From a virus, in the IMG/VR virus record IMGVR_UViG_3300042516_003202: a DNA stretch of 64,000 nucleotides; one strand, given 5' to 3'. Below the pieces are notes generated by a model. That model searched no databases and was not told the DNA's origin. It saw nothing but the letters and a program-made list of their open reading frames with translations. The translations under genes were made by a program, and so were the position numbers. Position 1 is the stretch's first letter; each line of letters opens with the position of its first letter. Of the stretch, positions 19,499 through 29,920 are shown in pieces.

Positions 19499-20791
19499 TT
19501 AACCATATGTATCCTTAACTAAAGTAAGTGAAGTGTATGAATTTTTTGGATCAAAATCATGACACAAATGCATAATTAAATATTTTCCACTTTGAAAACG
19601 ATCTATTGCACCAACAGATTTATTATCAGGAGTTACTTTATTAAATTCACATTCTATAACATCTCCAGCCTGTAATTCTGCATTACAAGGTATAATCATA
19701 TTAACAACTTGTGCAGTTAATGTATTATATCTCATTCTAGATTGTGCTAAATGCAATCTAGGATCATTATTCAAATTTGTCGAGATACCAACTTCCATAT
19801 TTCCAGTATCAAATATGTAATTGTAAATTCTACTAAAAGAATCTTTGGCATCAAATTCAGAAGAATAATCTACATTTAAACCTAAAGGTACAATTCCACT
19901 ACTAGTCAATGAAAGATATATTTCTTTATACTCAAATGTAAATGGATCAAAAAATATATTTTTAGTTTTATATACTCCATTTTTCAATGCAGTTAAAAGA
20001 TTTTGATTTTTATCTATAGAGTATGAAATAATTCTAAAATCATTATCTTCATCAATACTAGATGTGGAAATTTCTTTATACACATATTTTCTAGGATATG
20101 GTTGTGCGGAAAATAAACTATCAATTGATCTAAAATTAAATCCAGTCCTAGTTTCCCAAAACAAAAATCCAGCAGAGCCTTCTACAGGAACTGCTTGGGG
20201 GCACAAAGATTTTATTAACGTAAATGGTGAAACTCCAGATCCTGGAAATGCACAAGAATTTTTTGTTTGTTCTATAGTTAATTTATTTAAAGGTATTTTT
20301 AATTCTTTTTCAAGGATTTCTTTTACGGAATTTGAAAGATTGTTATAATATTTTTTATAAACAGTTGTTGTTTCATTTGTGACAGCAAACTCTGATGTTA
20401 AAACTAACATCGTTGCATTTCTAAAACTTTCTTGTTTTCCTGCAGGTGGTGCAGCAATTATTGATAATGGATAAGATTTAAAATTTAATTCCCCAAGTTT
20501 TGGTTTTATTATAAACTCAAATTTTTCTTTGCCACTTGAAGTTATTGGTAAAGAATTTACAAGAGTTCCTCTTCTTTCTGTAGGATCAATTGCTTTGTCC
20601 GATTTTACAGAGTAACCCAAATCCGTGTATACTACATTAGCACTAATAAACGGAGATAATATACTTTCATAATAAGAAAACTTAACAACATCTAGTTTAC
20701 TATCAGGATTTATAAAATCTACTCTAGTTCCCTCTCGTTGAACAACTAAATGTTGATAATTTGATGGACCTCTTGCTATATTTTTTACCAT
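19499..20791 (-). CDS. Putative baseplate hub protein (gp27-like)
   Basis: FSYYESILSP...FLFWETRTGFNFRSIDSL...LQAGDVIECEF...SGKYLIMHLCH.F; sits directly upstream of gp5. Confidence 0.65.
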   Translation of the reverse strand: MVKNIARGPSNYQHLVVQREGTRVDFINPDSKLDVVKFSYYESILSPFISANVVYTDLGYSVKSDKAIDPTERRGTLVNSLPITSSGKEKFEFIIKPKLGELNFKSYPLSIIAAPPAGKQESFRNATMLVLTSEFAVTNETTTVYKKYYNNLSNSVKEILEKELKIPLNKLTIEQTKNSCAFPGSGVSPFTLIKSLCPQAVPVEGSAGFLFWETRTGFNFRSIDSLFSAQPYPRKYVYKEISTSSIDEDNDFRIISYSIDKNQNLLTALKNGVYKTKNIFFDPFTFEYKEIYLSLTSSGIVPLGLNVDYSSEFDAKDSFSRIYNYIFDTGNMEVGISTNLNNDPRLHLAQSRMRYNTLTAQVVNMIIPCNAELQAGDVIECEFNKVTPDNKSVGAIDRFQSGKYLIMHLCHDFDPKNSYTSLTLVKDTYG

Positions 20792-20792
20792 A

Positions 20793-23243
20793 TTAACTCT
20801 CTAATATGTCTAGTGCTTGTGAAAGAAGTTTATTTGATCTAGGGGTAGACGAAGAAGTATTAGATCCTTGTTTGACTGCATAAGCAACAACTTCAGTATT
20901 ATTAACAATGTATGGTTGTATACTGTTTATGTATACCACATCACGAGATTTGGAAGATTTTATTGAAGCAACATCAAAATTTTTAGCGGTTGTAGGAAAA
21001 AACGCTTGTGGTTGTGGTTTTATTTGTTGCTGAATTTGCATCAATTCAAGAGATTTATTATAGTCATCTATTAACCATTTGTTTTTCGCGTCAATTTTAA
21101 TAATATCAGGAACTAATCCAGCATTTGTTTTCTTTACAAAAACAATTCCCATTCCAGGAAGATCTTGAACCATATACCTATTTCCATCTCTAGCAGCAAA
21201 TTCAAAACCACCTTTAGGTACAGATCCTATTATAGGTTTTGATGTTTTATTGTCAATTTTATTGGATGTAGATACTTGAGTTTTTTGTACTTGATTTTTT
21301 CTGAGATCAAATACTGAATTCACATATCTAGCAGGATTGACATAAGCACCATTTACTATTCGTTCTAAATGTAAATGTGTATTATCATAATTTCCAGATC
21401 CTACAGTATTGGGAGGCCAATATTTAACTTTTGCAATAACTTGTCCTTGGTTAATATAACTTCCTTTTCTTAATCCAGGAGCAACAATAACATGTCCGTA
21501 TACTACTTTTGTTTTATCTGCATGTTGAACATAAATTGCATCACCCCAATCACCAAATTTTGGTTCTATATGAACGATTGTTCCAGATTCAAATGCAGTA
21601 ACTGGTGAATTTGCATCAACACCAATATCAATTCCCCTGTGATTTGGTCTATCAGTTGTTCTAAACCCACTAGTGAATTGTGGATTTCCTTGAGGAAGAA
21701 CATATTTAAAAGATCCTGAAGTTGGTTTTACATCCAAAGATTTATATTTTTTAAGAGCAGATTGATATCTTTTTAAAAATCCTCTAGTGTGAACATTTTC
21801 TTGAGATCCTCCAGGAAGAGATGGCCACTGCCCAGTTAATCCTTGGGCAACTATCATTGGATCTTTTTGTAAATCTTTCACTATCCCATTTTGTCCTTTA
21901 CCATAAGCAGCAACCGCTAATTTCCAAGCAGCTATATCTTGATTTTCTGGCGTAAATGCTTTTGCTGGTTTATACCGATCCCAAGTAGTAGATAGAAATT
22001 GATATCTACCAGCAGCATCACTTGTTCTTCCATCAGGAGTTGGTTCTGAAATTCTAGGGTGGTCTTTATATCCATTACTAAAAGTTTTACTTGGATACCG
22101 AGAATTGTACCCAGGAGCTTCAGCACCAGCAATAGCATCTAAAAGTGCTTTACCTTCTGGTGGGATATCAGCAGCAGATCCAGTAAATTGACCACCAAAT
22201 CCTTCTGGACCATCCCCTCCTCCTCCACCTCCTCCACCACCTTCTTCATCTTTTACTTTAGTTTTTAAAATTTTAAGTTCGTTAAACTTTTTTAAAACCT
22301 CTTTAAATTTATTATTATTTTCATCACTCAATTTTGTATTTTCTTCTTCTACTAAAGTATTCTTTCTAAAAAACTCAAAATAATTTACTGCTTGATTTGC
22401 TTTTTTGCCTTTTGCACTTCCTCCAGGTTTAGCAAATGGTGTTGTAGTTTTAGTTGCAGATGGTTGAGTAGCAGTTCCTGCTGCAGTTTTTCTTGCTTGA
22501 GAAACTGTTCCACCCTTAGCAAAACCGTAAGGATTTTGTGAAGAAGGAGATGCAGTTGTAGGTAAAGTAAAAGGTGCTAACGGAGTTGAAGTTGGTGGAG
22601 GGGATTGTTGTGTTGCAGATGGAGACTGTGATGGAGATGTAGGTGGAATTGGTCCAGAACTTTGTGGCCTTGGTGGATTAAAAAATGACTTCCAAGATTT
22701 TGATAAGGATTCAATTCCATATTCTACACCATCATACAAACGTCCTAATTTATCAATTTCCGTTGATATGTTTTTTCTAGCAGATTTAATGACATCATAA
22801 GTACCACCAGCAAGTTTTGGAAAATTTTGAATTGCCCAAATAATAGCATTTAATCCTTTACCAATGATATCAATAGTAAATTTAATAGTATTTAAAATCC
22901 ATGGATTATTTCCAAAGAATTTTTTTAACTTAGAAATAATTATTGGAAGATTATTAACCAATAAACCTAAAAATATTGTACCCAAAAAATCCATAATTTT
23001 GTCAAAAATACTTTTTGGTCCAGATAATATCGCAGAAGATACTTTTTTTAGGGGAGATGTAATTTTAGATTTGGCAGATTCTATGGACGTTTCTTTCTTT
23101 GATAAAAAAGATCTTTTTTCTTCTTGAGAATCAAATCTTTCTTTATCTAAACGTATTTTTTTTATTTTCTTATTATAAGAAAATAAAGAACTTTTTATTT
23201 TTGTAACAGTTAGTTTTAATTTTTTAGATTGAGTGTTAATCAT
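20793..23243 (-). CDS. Tail-associated tape-measure-like protein with lambda-type lysozyme and M23 peptidase domains
   Basis: ALLDAIAGAE...SDAAGRYQFLSTTW...FTPENQD (lambda R-like muramidase); HRGIDIG...YGHV...QGQVI...HLHLE (M23 HxxxD and HxH motifs). Confidence 0.8.
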   Translation of the reverse strand: MINTQSKKLKLTVTKIKSSLFSYNKKIKKIRLDKERFDSQEEKRSFLSKKETSIESAKSKITSPLKKVSSAILSGPKSIFDKIMDFLGTIFLGLLVNNLPIIISKLKKFFGNNPWILNTIKFTIDIIGKGLNAIIWAIQNFPKLAGGTYDVIKSARKNISTEIDKLGRLYDGVEYGIESLSKSWKSFFNPPRPQSSGPIPPTSPSQSPSATQQSPPPTSTPLAPFTLPTTASPSSQNPYGFAKGGTVSQARKTAAGTATQPSATKTTTPFAKPGGSAKGKKANQAVNYFEFFRKNTLVEEENTKLSDENNNKFKEVLKKFNELKILKTKVKDEEGGGGGGGGGDGPEGFGGQFTGSAADIPPEGKALLDAIAGAEAPGYNSRYPSKTFSNGYKDHPRISEPTPDGRTSDAAGRYQFLSTTWDRYKPAKAFTPENQDIAAWKLAVAAYGKGQNGIVKDLQKDPMIVAQGLTGQWPSLPGGSQENVHTRGFLKRYQSALKKYKSLDVKPTSGSFKYVLPQGNPQFTSGFRTTDRPNHRGIDIGVDANSPVTAFESGTIVHIEPKFGDWGDAIYVQHADKTKVVYGHVIVAPGLRKGSYINQGQVIAKVKYWPPNTVGSGNYDNTHLHLERIVNGAYVNPARYVNSVFDLRKNQVQKTQVSTSNKIDNKTSKPIIGSVPKGGFEFAARDGNRYMVQDLPGMGIVFVKKTNAGLVPDIIKIDAKNKWLIDDYNKSLELMQIQQQIKPQPQAFFPTTAKNFDVASIKSSKSRDVVYINSIQPYIVNNTEVVAYAVKQGSNTSSSTPRSNKLLSQALDILES

Positions 23244-25600
23244 CCTACAATACCTAAAGCAATTGCAGTTCTAGAAATATCATCAGAAAATGCAGGATTT
23301 ACCGATGATACTGATGGAAGAGGAGTTGGATTTCCTTGAGGACCAGGAAGTGATTTGGTTTTAGGTTGGTTATTGATCACTTGTGCCGGTAAAGGCATAT
23401 TAATAAAAGTTGTTTTTGGTGAAGCAGTTCCCAAATCTAAATTTGCGATATTCCATTTTTTAGTATTTTGTATAACTTGAGATAATGTATTATTAATTTT
23501 GGTTGAAGAAGACTCTCCCATACCAAATGTTTCTCTAGTTGGACGTAAGTATTCCTCTTGTGTGACTGGACGTCCAAACCCTTCATATTTTTCTTTTACT
23601 CTATTAACTTCTTCTATCGGTCTACCAACAGACCAATTTTTAGTCATTGTGGGACTAGGTTCTGGTGCGGATGACGCTACTGTTGGTGTTGGTGTTGGTG
23701 TTATAGATGATGCTGGTGCTGCTGGCGCTGGAGATGCCGCTGGTGCTGGAGATGCCGCTGGTGCTGGAGATGCCGCTGGTGCTGCTGCCGCTGGCGATGG
23801 CGATGCTGCTGGCGAAGAATGTGTAGAAGATTTTGGAATTTCAACACTTGATGAAGGACCACTAGAACTAGAACTTGGTGCAGTTTTTAAATATTTTAAT
23901 TTTAAACGTCTTGCTTCTTCTTTTAAAGATTTATCATATTCATCAAGTATTTTTCCTTGTTCTAAAATATTTTCAGCATCTAGAGTATTGTTATTTTCTT
24001 GCCTTTTTATAGCCTCAACAAATGCTTGCCACATTTTCGCACCATTATTATTAACATCTTTCAATAAAGGTCTCCAACGTGTTGCTTCACTTGCACGAAT
24101 AACTTCTTCATTTTCATCTAATCTAATTTGTTGTCCACCTCTAGTCATTGCAGGAACCATATCAGTTCCAGGTCGGTCGCCTTTACCTACAGTTCCTCCT
24201 AAAGAGAATCCAGAAGATTTCTCTATAGAACATGCCGTACATTTTTTCTTAGGTGGTTCTTTGATTGTTCCACCTTCTGCTTTTGTTGTAGCAGCACCAA
24301 GACCAATACCAAAAGATCCAGCACTACCAATCCCAAGTAAAGGAGCAAGTACTGATAATGCTGGTGCTGTCGCTGGAGTTGCAGCACCTCCAGTAGCGCC
24401 AGTTGCAACTACCAATCCAAGTGCAGCCAAACCAGCAGCTAGACTAACCCATCCAGCAGCTTGTTGTTTTGGAGTTAAATTGAGTGGATTTAAAGGATTT
24501 TTTTGAGTTGGTAGATTGCCAACAGGAGGTCTAGTAGGAGCACCAGGAGTAACTGGCGGAACACCAGGAATACCAATCGGAGGTAAAACAGTTCCTCCAG
24601 CAATACCTTTAATTGTGTTATAAATTCTAGGTTGAGAAGATAAGAAACCAGCAAAAGAAGTTACAACTGCAGGATTTCCAAAACAATTTAAAAATTGATT
24701 ACAAATATTTCCTGGTCCTCCACCAGGTCCACCCCCAGGAGGTTTATTTTTTCTAAAAAGATCTATTAACTTCTTAAGAGATCTTGCTGCACCTACTACC
24801 TTAAGTATAACACCAAGAAGTTTAGCAGTTCCTAAAATAATTAATATTTCTTTCCAGTGATCTGCTAAGAAGTGGAAAAACTTCTTTAACTTTTCTCTAT
24901 TTTCAGGTTTAGATAACCATATAAATGCATTATTAAGTATTAATCCAGTTAATATAATTTTAAAAAATTCAATTATTTTTTGAAAAATACTTTTAATTGG
25001 AGAAGTAACTTTATCAAAAGTTTTAGTAATTCCTTCACCTAATTTACCAGCACCTTCAAGAAATTTTTCTTTTCCTTCTGCTCTTGATCTGGATAATCTT
25101 TTTTTACGTTTTTCTAATTCTTTTTTTCTTTCATCAAGTCTAGAATTATAATCTAGTGCTAATTGCTTCTGTATTTCTAAAAGTATTTTATTAGTTTCAA
25201 ATAAAGACTTATCTAATTCACTTTCACCTTTACCTAGATTTTCAGAGTCTTTACCACGAGGTAATAATCGTATAAACTTTTGTTGTATGCCTTCTTTAAA
25301 AACCTTTACAAAGTTTTCTTTTACAATTCTAATAATATTATTTTTTACTTCTGTCCTAATTAACTTCTCAATAACAGTTTCTTTTATGTTATTGAAAATC
25401 TCACTTCTTTCTGAAAATAAAGAAGTTAAAAATTCAGGTTTTGGTAAGTTAAGAACTGGTTTAATAAAACTGAAAGAAGTTTTTTTCAGTTCTATTTGAG
25501 GTCTAATCGCACTAGAAAAAACAGAAGACTTGATGTTTCTTCTGTTTATTTTTATTTTTTTGGGTATAGATGGTGCGCTATAACTTTGATTAATTTCCAC
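23240..25600 (-). CDS. Tape-measure-like/gp29-like tail protein
   Basis: Long helical charged protein with a hydrophobic segment and an Ala/Pro linker, downstream of gp26-gp51. Start moved to GTG at 25600, overlapping the gp51 stop. Confidence 0.55.
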   Translation of the reverse strand: MEINQSYSAPSIPKKIKINRRNIKSSVFSSAIRPQIELKKTSFSFIKPVLNLPKPEFLTSLFSERSEIFNNIKETVIEKLIRTEVKNNIIRIVKENFVKVFKEGIQQKFIRLLPRGKDSENLGKGESELDKSLFETNKILLEIQKQLALDYNSRLDERKKELEKRKKRLSRSRAEGKEKFLEGAGKLGEGITKTFDKVTSPIKSIFQKIIEFFKIILTGLILNNAFIWLSKPENREKLKKFFHFLADHWKEILIILGTAKLLGVILKVVGAARSLKKLIDLFRKNKPPGGGPGGGPGNICNQFLNCFGNPAVVTSFAGFLSSQPRIYNTIKGIAGGTVLPPIGIPGVPPVTPGAPTRPPVGNLPTQKNPLNPLNLTPKQQAAGWVSLAAGLAALGLVVATGATGGAATPATAPALSVLAPLLGIGSAGSFGIGLGAATTKAEGGTIKEPPKKKCTACSIEKSSGFSLGGTVGKGDRPGTDMVPAMTRGGQQIRLDENEEVIRASEATRWRPLLKDVNNNGAKMWQAFVEAIKRQENNNTLDAENILEQGKILDEYDKSLKEEARRLKLKYLKTAPSSSSSGPSSSVEIPKSSTHSSPAASPSPAAAAPAASPAPAASPAPAASPAPAAPASSITPTPTPTVASSAPEPSPTMTKNWSVGRPIEEVNRVKEKYEGFGRPVTQEEYLRPTRETFGMGESSSTKINNTLSQVIQNTKKWNIANLDLGTASPKTTFINMPLPAQVINNQPKTKSLPGPQGNPTPLPSVSSVNPAFSDDISRTAIALGIVG
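23711..23815. repeat. 18-bp tandem repeat (gctggtgctggagatgcc) encoding PAASPA
   Basis: Three full copies plus partial copies are visible. Confidence 0.9.
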
Positions 25601-25766
25601 TTTGCTGCTTTGCGTTTTCTTCTTCAATATACTGTTGAAGTAGTGTCACATATATGTCCCTTTCCCAAGGTTGCATATTTTCAATATCCCATAATGAATA
25701 TTTATGATGCTGCATCAAAGCAAAATTTACTTTAAAATATGACTCAAGATTTGTATGAGCCATCAT
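25590..25766 (-). CDS. gp51: Baseplate hub assembly catalyst gp51
   Basis: Not in the ORF track: MMAHTNLESYFKVNFALMQHHKYSLWDIENMQPWERDIYVTLLQQYIEEENAKQQSGN; overlaps the gp26 stop. Confidence 0.9.
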   Translation of the reverse strand: MMAHTNLESYFKVNFALMQHHKYSLWDIENMQPWERDIYVTLLQQYIEEENAKQQSGN

Positions 25767-26488
25767 CAAGTGAAAAAACTTGCTAATCCCTCCAAAACAA
25801 TTTCATTCTTAACACCAGTTTTTGGATTCTTGACCACGACAGTGTGAGAAAGTTTTGGCATTGTTGTAAAGAATTTCTCAATTTCTTTAAACTGCTTAGT
25901 ATTCATTTGCTCAACAAATTCTTTAAGTTCTTCTTTTGAACAATCTGAAGCAGACCAACATTCTTCATTATTGTATACCATATCCACACAAGAAATAATC
26001 ATAGAAAGAGATTTGTCAACATCAGTTTCATCTTCATTAAACTCAAAATTATTTTCTACAAATTGATCTAGAGATGGATATTTCATTTTCATAGATAAAT
26101 TGTCATCAAGTTTAACAATATTTGTGTGCTCAGGATCTCTTTGTACTTTAATTAAATCAATATCAATAGATTCGTTAACTTGAGTTACACCATCATCTGG
26201 GCATGTTATCGTTACATCTACTGCTTCACCAATAGATTTTGCTCTAACATTTAAGAAAATATACTCAATATCAAAGGTTGAAAGATTTGATATTTTAATT
26301 CCTTTAGTTTGAATACATTCTTCTAAAATTTGAACAATGGCATTAGAAATCTGTTTCATGTCCTCAGATTCCAATGCCATTATAAGAATTTTCTCTTCTC
26401 TAACTAAAAATGGACGATATTTAATTTTTTTTCCTGTAGATGGTATTTCCAAATCATAAGTTGGAACAGAAATCTTTGGTAAAGGCAT
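25766..26488 (-). CDS. gp26: Baseplate hub subunit gp26
   Basis: MPLPKISVPTYDLEIPSTGKKIKYRPFLVREEKIL...IFLNVRAKSIGE...LEGLASFF. Confidence 0.92.
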   Translation of the reverse strand: MPLPKISVPTYDLEIPSTGKKIKYRPFLVREEKILIMALESEDMKQISNAIVQILEECIQTKGIKISNLSTFDIEYIFLNVRAKSIGEAVDVTITCPDDGVTQVNESIDIDLIKVQRDPEHTNIVKLDDNLSMKMKYPSLDQFVENNFEFNEDETDVDKSLSMIISCVDMVYNNEECWSASDCSKEELKEFVEQMNTKQFKEIEKFFTTMPKLSHTVVVKNPKTGVKNEIVLEGLASFFT

Positions 26489-26514
26489 AATTTTTTAAAA
26501 AATTCAGTTGTGAT

Positions 26515-26522
26515 TATTTATT
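26515..26522 (-). promoter_or_regulatory. T4-type late promoter (AATAAATA)
   Basis: Matches NATAAATA about 27 nt upstream of the gp26 ATG; gp33 is encoded in the window. Confidence 0.6.
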
Positions 26523-27366
26523 AGTTGGGGGCACCGAATTTTTGTTTGGGTGCATAATCTCTATTATAGGTTGCAGAATCAACTGTAATTTGTGTATATT
26601 TTCCACCTATAATAAGATCTAAAGTATAAGTTCCATCAGAATTTGCATAAACTCCTTGAACAGTTTGTCCAACAGCTCTTTCCCTTCTCATAATATATCT
26701 GTCATAATTCATAGTAACTGTAACTTTCATTAAATCACCTTCTCCATAAGAAACTGGAATTGATGCCATAGATTTTGGGAAGGCATTAATAAGTTGATAT
26801 GAAATATTTGCGGCTCCTGCAGACATCCAATTTTTTTCAAATTTTTTAATAAAAACTCCAGAATTTTTATAATAATCTGGATAATTAAATCTCCTGTAAT
26901 AATTTCCAGACTGAATTATATTTTCATCATCTAATGGCAATTCACTACCTCCAGAGATGTAATCCATCCAGGCCTCGAAAAAACCTAGAACTTTATATTC
27001 TCTATCAATATAAAATGTAAAATCAACATCAGTATTAATTCTGGTATGTGCAAATTCTTGGCTTACTCCTATAAAATTATCTTTAACTTCTGAAGTTGCA
27101 TATGTAGATGCTGGCAAAGACGCTTCAGAGCATAATAATCCCAACTCATTCTGAAAATCATTACTAAATCCAACTAAACCATACTTTTCATATCCGTATT
27201 TTGATATGTGATCCAAAAACGGAGATGTAAAATTTTTACCTGTATTATCACTTACCGTTCCCCAGCCAGGGGTTATAAACACTTGATATAAATTTGTTCT
27301 TGCCAAGTTTAAAAAACTTGGCAAAGTATTCATATGAACTTGACCAATATCTGGTACTTGTGCCAT
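26521..27366 (-). CDS. Tail tube initiator gp54-like (gp19 fold)
   Basis: LARTNLYQV...LLCSEASLP...FTFY.D....FFEAWMDYI...LINAFPKS...VSY...KVTVTMNYDRY. Confidence 0.75.
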   Translation of the reverse strand: MAQVPDIGQVHMNTLPSFLNLARTNLYQVFITPGWGTVSDNTGKNFTSPFLDHISKYGYEKYGLVGFSNDFQNELGLLCSEASLPASTYATSEVKDNFIGVSQEFAHTRINTDVDFTFYIDREYKVLGFFEAWMDYISGGSELPLDDENIIQSGNYYRRFNYPDYYKNSGVFIKKFEKNWMSAGAANISYQLINAFPKSMASIPVSYGEGDLMKVTVTMNYDRYIMRRERAVGQTVQGVYANSDGTYTLDLIIGGKYTQITVDSATYNRDYAPKQKFGAPN

Positions 27367-27407
27367 TTCTAAATATTTACAGCAATTCTATGTTATGAAA
27401 TATTTAG

Positions 27408-27842
27408 ATGTCATATAAAGGAAAATATAAACCATCATATCCACAAAAATACAAAGGAGATCCTACAAACATTATATACCGATCTCTTTGGGAAAGAAAG
27501 TTTATGGTCTATTGTGATAATAACAATAGAATTTTAGAATGGGGTTCTGAAGAAATTGCATTACCTTATCGGTCTCCTGTAGATAATAGAATTCATAGAT
27601 ATTTTCCAGATTTTTATATTAAGGTAAAAGAATCAAACGGAGAAATTAAAAAGTATCTAATTGAAATCAAACCACTAAAACAACTATCACCTCCACAAAA
27701 ACCAAAACGTCAAACCAAGCAATATCTTTATGAAGCATACGAGTATGCAAAAAATCAAGCAAAATGGAAAGCTGCCAGAGAGTTTTGCGAAGATCGTCAG
27801 TGGCAGTTTAAAGTTATTACCGAAAAGGAATTAGATATCTAA
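27408..27842 (+). CDS. gp4: Head completion nuclease gp4
   Basis: MSYKGKYKP..P.KYKGDP.NIIYRSLWE...HRYFPDF...LIEIKP...NQAKW. Confidence 0.92.
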   Translation: MSYKGKYKPSYPQKYKGDPTNIIYRSLWERKFMVYCDNNNRILEWGSEEIALPYRSPVDNRIHRYFPDFYIKVKESNGEIKKYLIEIKPLKQLSPPQKPKRQTKQYLYEAYEYAKNQAKWKAAREFCEDRQWQFKVITEKELDI

Positions 27843-27843
27843 A

Positions 27844-28248
27844 ATGCCAAGAAAATCTATAAAGCAAAGGAAAAAAACAAATACAGATACTGATGATAAA
27901 GTTAATCGTCTTCGTGACATAACTAATAATTTAATTGGAACCGAAGATCCAGATGATTTGATGCTGGAAATTATAACTGCACTAACAGAAAGTGAAAAAG
28001 TTCCAAAAACTGGAAAATATTATGTTTTTGTATACAATCCAAAAACACCAAACATTCAATATGACCAAAATCCTTTAGTGGCAGTTACTGATGTTTTTCC
28101 TTGGGGATTTAGAGGGATCAATTTTCACTGGGGAGAAGTTAGACAGTATACCTGGGATGAAATTCCTGGTGGAATTTATGAAGTGTATCCATCAGAACTA
28201 AAAGATTTACAAACCATTCCATTTGGAAAATTTCGTCTAAATAATTAG
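27844..28248 (+). CDS. DNA end protector gp2-like
   Basis: GKYYVFVYNPKT...YDQNPLV...GFRGINFHW; adjacent to gp4. Confidence 0.6.
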   Translation: MPRKSIKQRKKTNTDTDDKVNRLRDITNNLIGTEDPDDLMLEIITALTESEKVPKTGKYYVFVYNPKTPNIQYDQNPLVAVTDVFPWGFRGINFHWGEVRQYTWDEIPGGIYEVYPSELKDLQTIPFGKFRLNN

Positions 28249-28257
28249 AAAACGATA

Positions 28258-29181
28258 ATGGCAGAAGTTTTACGTTACCCATACGAAGCCATAACAAAAT
28301 CTACAGATTATCTTCAGATAACTATAAAAAATTACGAAGCGGGAGATATGCTGACCACACCATCAGCAGTGCCAACTAATGCTGCTGATGTGAGCACTAC
28401 ATCTTCGGCAAATTTATACAAACAAACTTTAGTAAATGATGGGGGAATAATTTTACTTCCCATGCCGTCAAATATTCAAGATAGTAATTCTGTATCATAT
28501 GAAGAGGGTAGTTTAGATGCTTTTAGTGCCATTGGAGTAGAAAGTGCCCAAAAGATGATGATGCAGGATTTTAGTAAACCGGGAGGAGTTGCTAAAGTAT
28601 TAGGAAATATTGCGGATACAAGCGTAGATGCAATAAAAAATTTACAAGATGCTGGAATCAAAGAAATAATGCTCAAAGCGTTAGCATCACAAGCAGTTTC
28701 TGTTTTTGGTGGAAATGTCACAGTAAATCAAATATTAGCACGTTCTGAAGGTAAAAGTTTAAACCCAAATATGGAACTCCTTTTTAATGGAGTTACTTTA
28801 AGAAGCTTTAGATTTTCTTTTAAAATGACTCCGAGAAATCAGAACGAATCAACACAAGTTAAAAAAATTATTCGTTCATTTAAAAGAAACATGGCCCCAA
28901 AAAGTGATGGCGCATTTCTTATAGCACCTCACGTATTTCAATTAGAATATAGGAGAGGTGGCGGATCTCATCCTTTTTTACATAGATTCAAACCATGTGC
29001 ATTATCCGATATGTCAGTAAACTATACTGGAGATAATGTTTATGCAGTTTATAGTGATAGTACTCCAGTTTCTATAATTATGGATTTAACATTCAAAGAA
29101 CTTGTTCCAGTATATGAAGAAGACTACAATGTAGAACAAGGCGGTCAAATTTTAGAAACAGATGGATCAGTAGGTTACTAA
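28258..29181 (+). CDS. gp48: Baseplate tail tube cap gp48
   Basis: ILLPMPSNIQD.NSV.Y...LNPNMELLFNGVTLRSFRFSFKMTPRN...KPCALSDMSVNY...MDLTFKEL. Confidence 0.88.
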   Translation: MAEVLRYPYEAITKSTDYLQITIKNYEAGDMLTTPSAVPTNAADVSTTSSANLYKQTLVNDGGIILLPMPSNIQDSNSVSYEEGSLDAFSAIGVESAQKMMMQDFSKPGGVAKVLGNIADTSVDAIKNLQDAGIKEIMLKALASQAVSVFGGNVTVNQILARSEGKSLNPNMELLFNGVTLRSFRFSFKMTPRNQNESTQVKKIIRSFKRNMAPKSDGAFLIAPHVFQLEYRRGGGSHPFLHRFKPCALSDMSVNYTGDNVYAVYSDSTPVSIIMDLTFKELVPVYEEDYNVEQGGQILETDGSVGY

Positions 29182-29182
29182 A

Positions 29183-29884
29183 ATGGGTTATTTCAGAGAA
29201 CTTCCAAACTTAAAATATATTTCTCCTCTTCCAGATAGAGGTTCTTCTTTAGATTATGTCGAAGCCAAAAATCTTTTCAAAAGAATTAGAGTAAGGCAAG
29301 ATTTTGAAAGCGTATTTACTGCATTTAACAAATATACCATACAAGAAAATATTCGTCCAGATCAAGTTGCTCAAGAACTTTATGGTTCTCCAGAATTAGA
29401 TTGGGTTGTATTAATATCTGCAGGAATAGTTAATGTAAGAGATCAATGGCCTTTATCAAATAAAGATCTTGTAAATTACGTGGAAAGACTTTATGGAACG
29501 GAAATAGACTCGCCAAGATATTATGTAACTAAAGAAGTAAAAGATTCTAAAGGAAGAATAATTATTCCAGAAGGAAAAATAGTAGAAAAAAATTATAAAC
29601 TACCTAAACCAACTACAGATAATCAACCATTACAGTCTTATGTAAGATATTATGACAGCCAAAGTCAAACATATGTAACCGTATTTAATATAACAAAACC
29701 AGTTACAAATTATGAATATGAAATTGAAAAAAATGATGCTAAAAGACAAATTTATGTTCTTAAAAGAGGATATCTCCAAGAATTCCTAAACGATACTAGA
29801 ACGATTATGAAATATAAAAAATCTTCACAATACGTCAATGATTACTTGATACAAGGGGAAAACTTAAGAATTACCTCTCCATAA
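29183..29884 (+). CDS. gp53: Baseplate wedge subunit gp53
   Basis: MGYFRELPN...RPDQVAQELYGSPELDWVVL...DQWP...NYEYE...N..KR.I.VLK. Confidence 0.9.
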   Translation: MGYFRELPNLKYISPLPDRGSSLDYVEAKNLFKRIRVRQDFESVFTAFNKYTIQENIRPDQVAQELYGSPELDWVVLISAGIVNVRDQWPLSNKDLVNYVERLYGTEIDSPRYYVTKEVKDSKGRIIIPEGKIVEKNYKLPKPTTDNQPLQSYVRYYDSQSQTYVTVFNITKPVTNYEYEIEKNDAKRQIYVLKRGYLQEFLNDTRTIMKYKKSSQYVNDYLIQGENLRITSP

Positions 29885-29911
29885 AAAAAGGGAAGGTTTA
29901 AAACCTTCCCC
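29883..29911 (-). terminator. Rho-independent terminator for gp32, at the convergence with gp53
   Basis: Minus strand GGGAAGG-TTTTAAA-CCTTCCC followed by T7. Confidence 0.85.
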
Positions 29912-29920
29912 AGATGCTAA

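Noticed and set aside
25496-25735. Plus-strand 79-aa ORF; also the antisense ORFs 23499..24506, 30371..30850 and 42158..42508
   Set aside because: Antisense to well-supported genes (gp51/tape-measure-like, gp32, RLP) with no recognisable motifs.
27408-27842. TnsA transposase / mobile element
   Set aside because: TnsA-like fold, but sequence and synteny identify T4 gp4 head completion protein.
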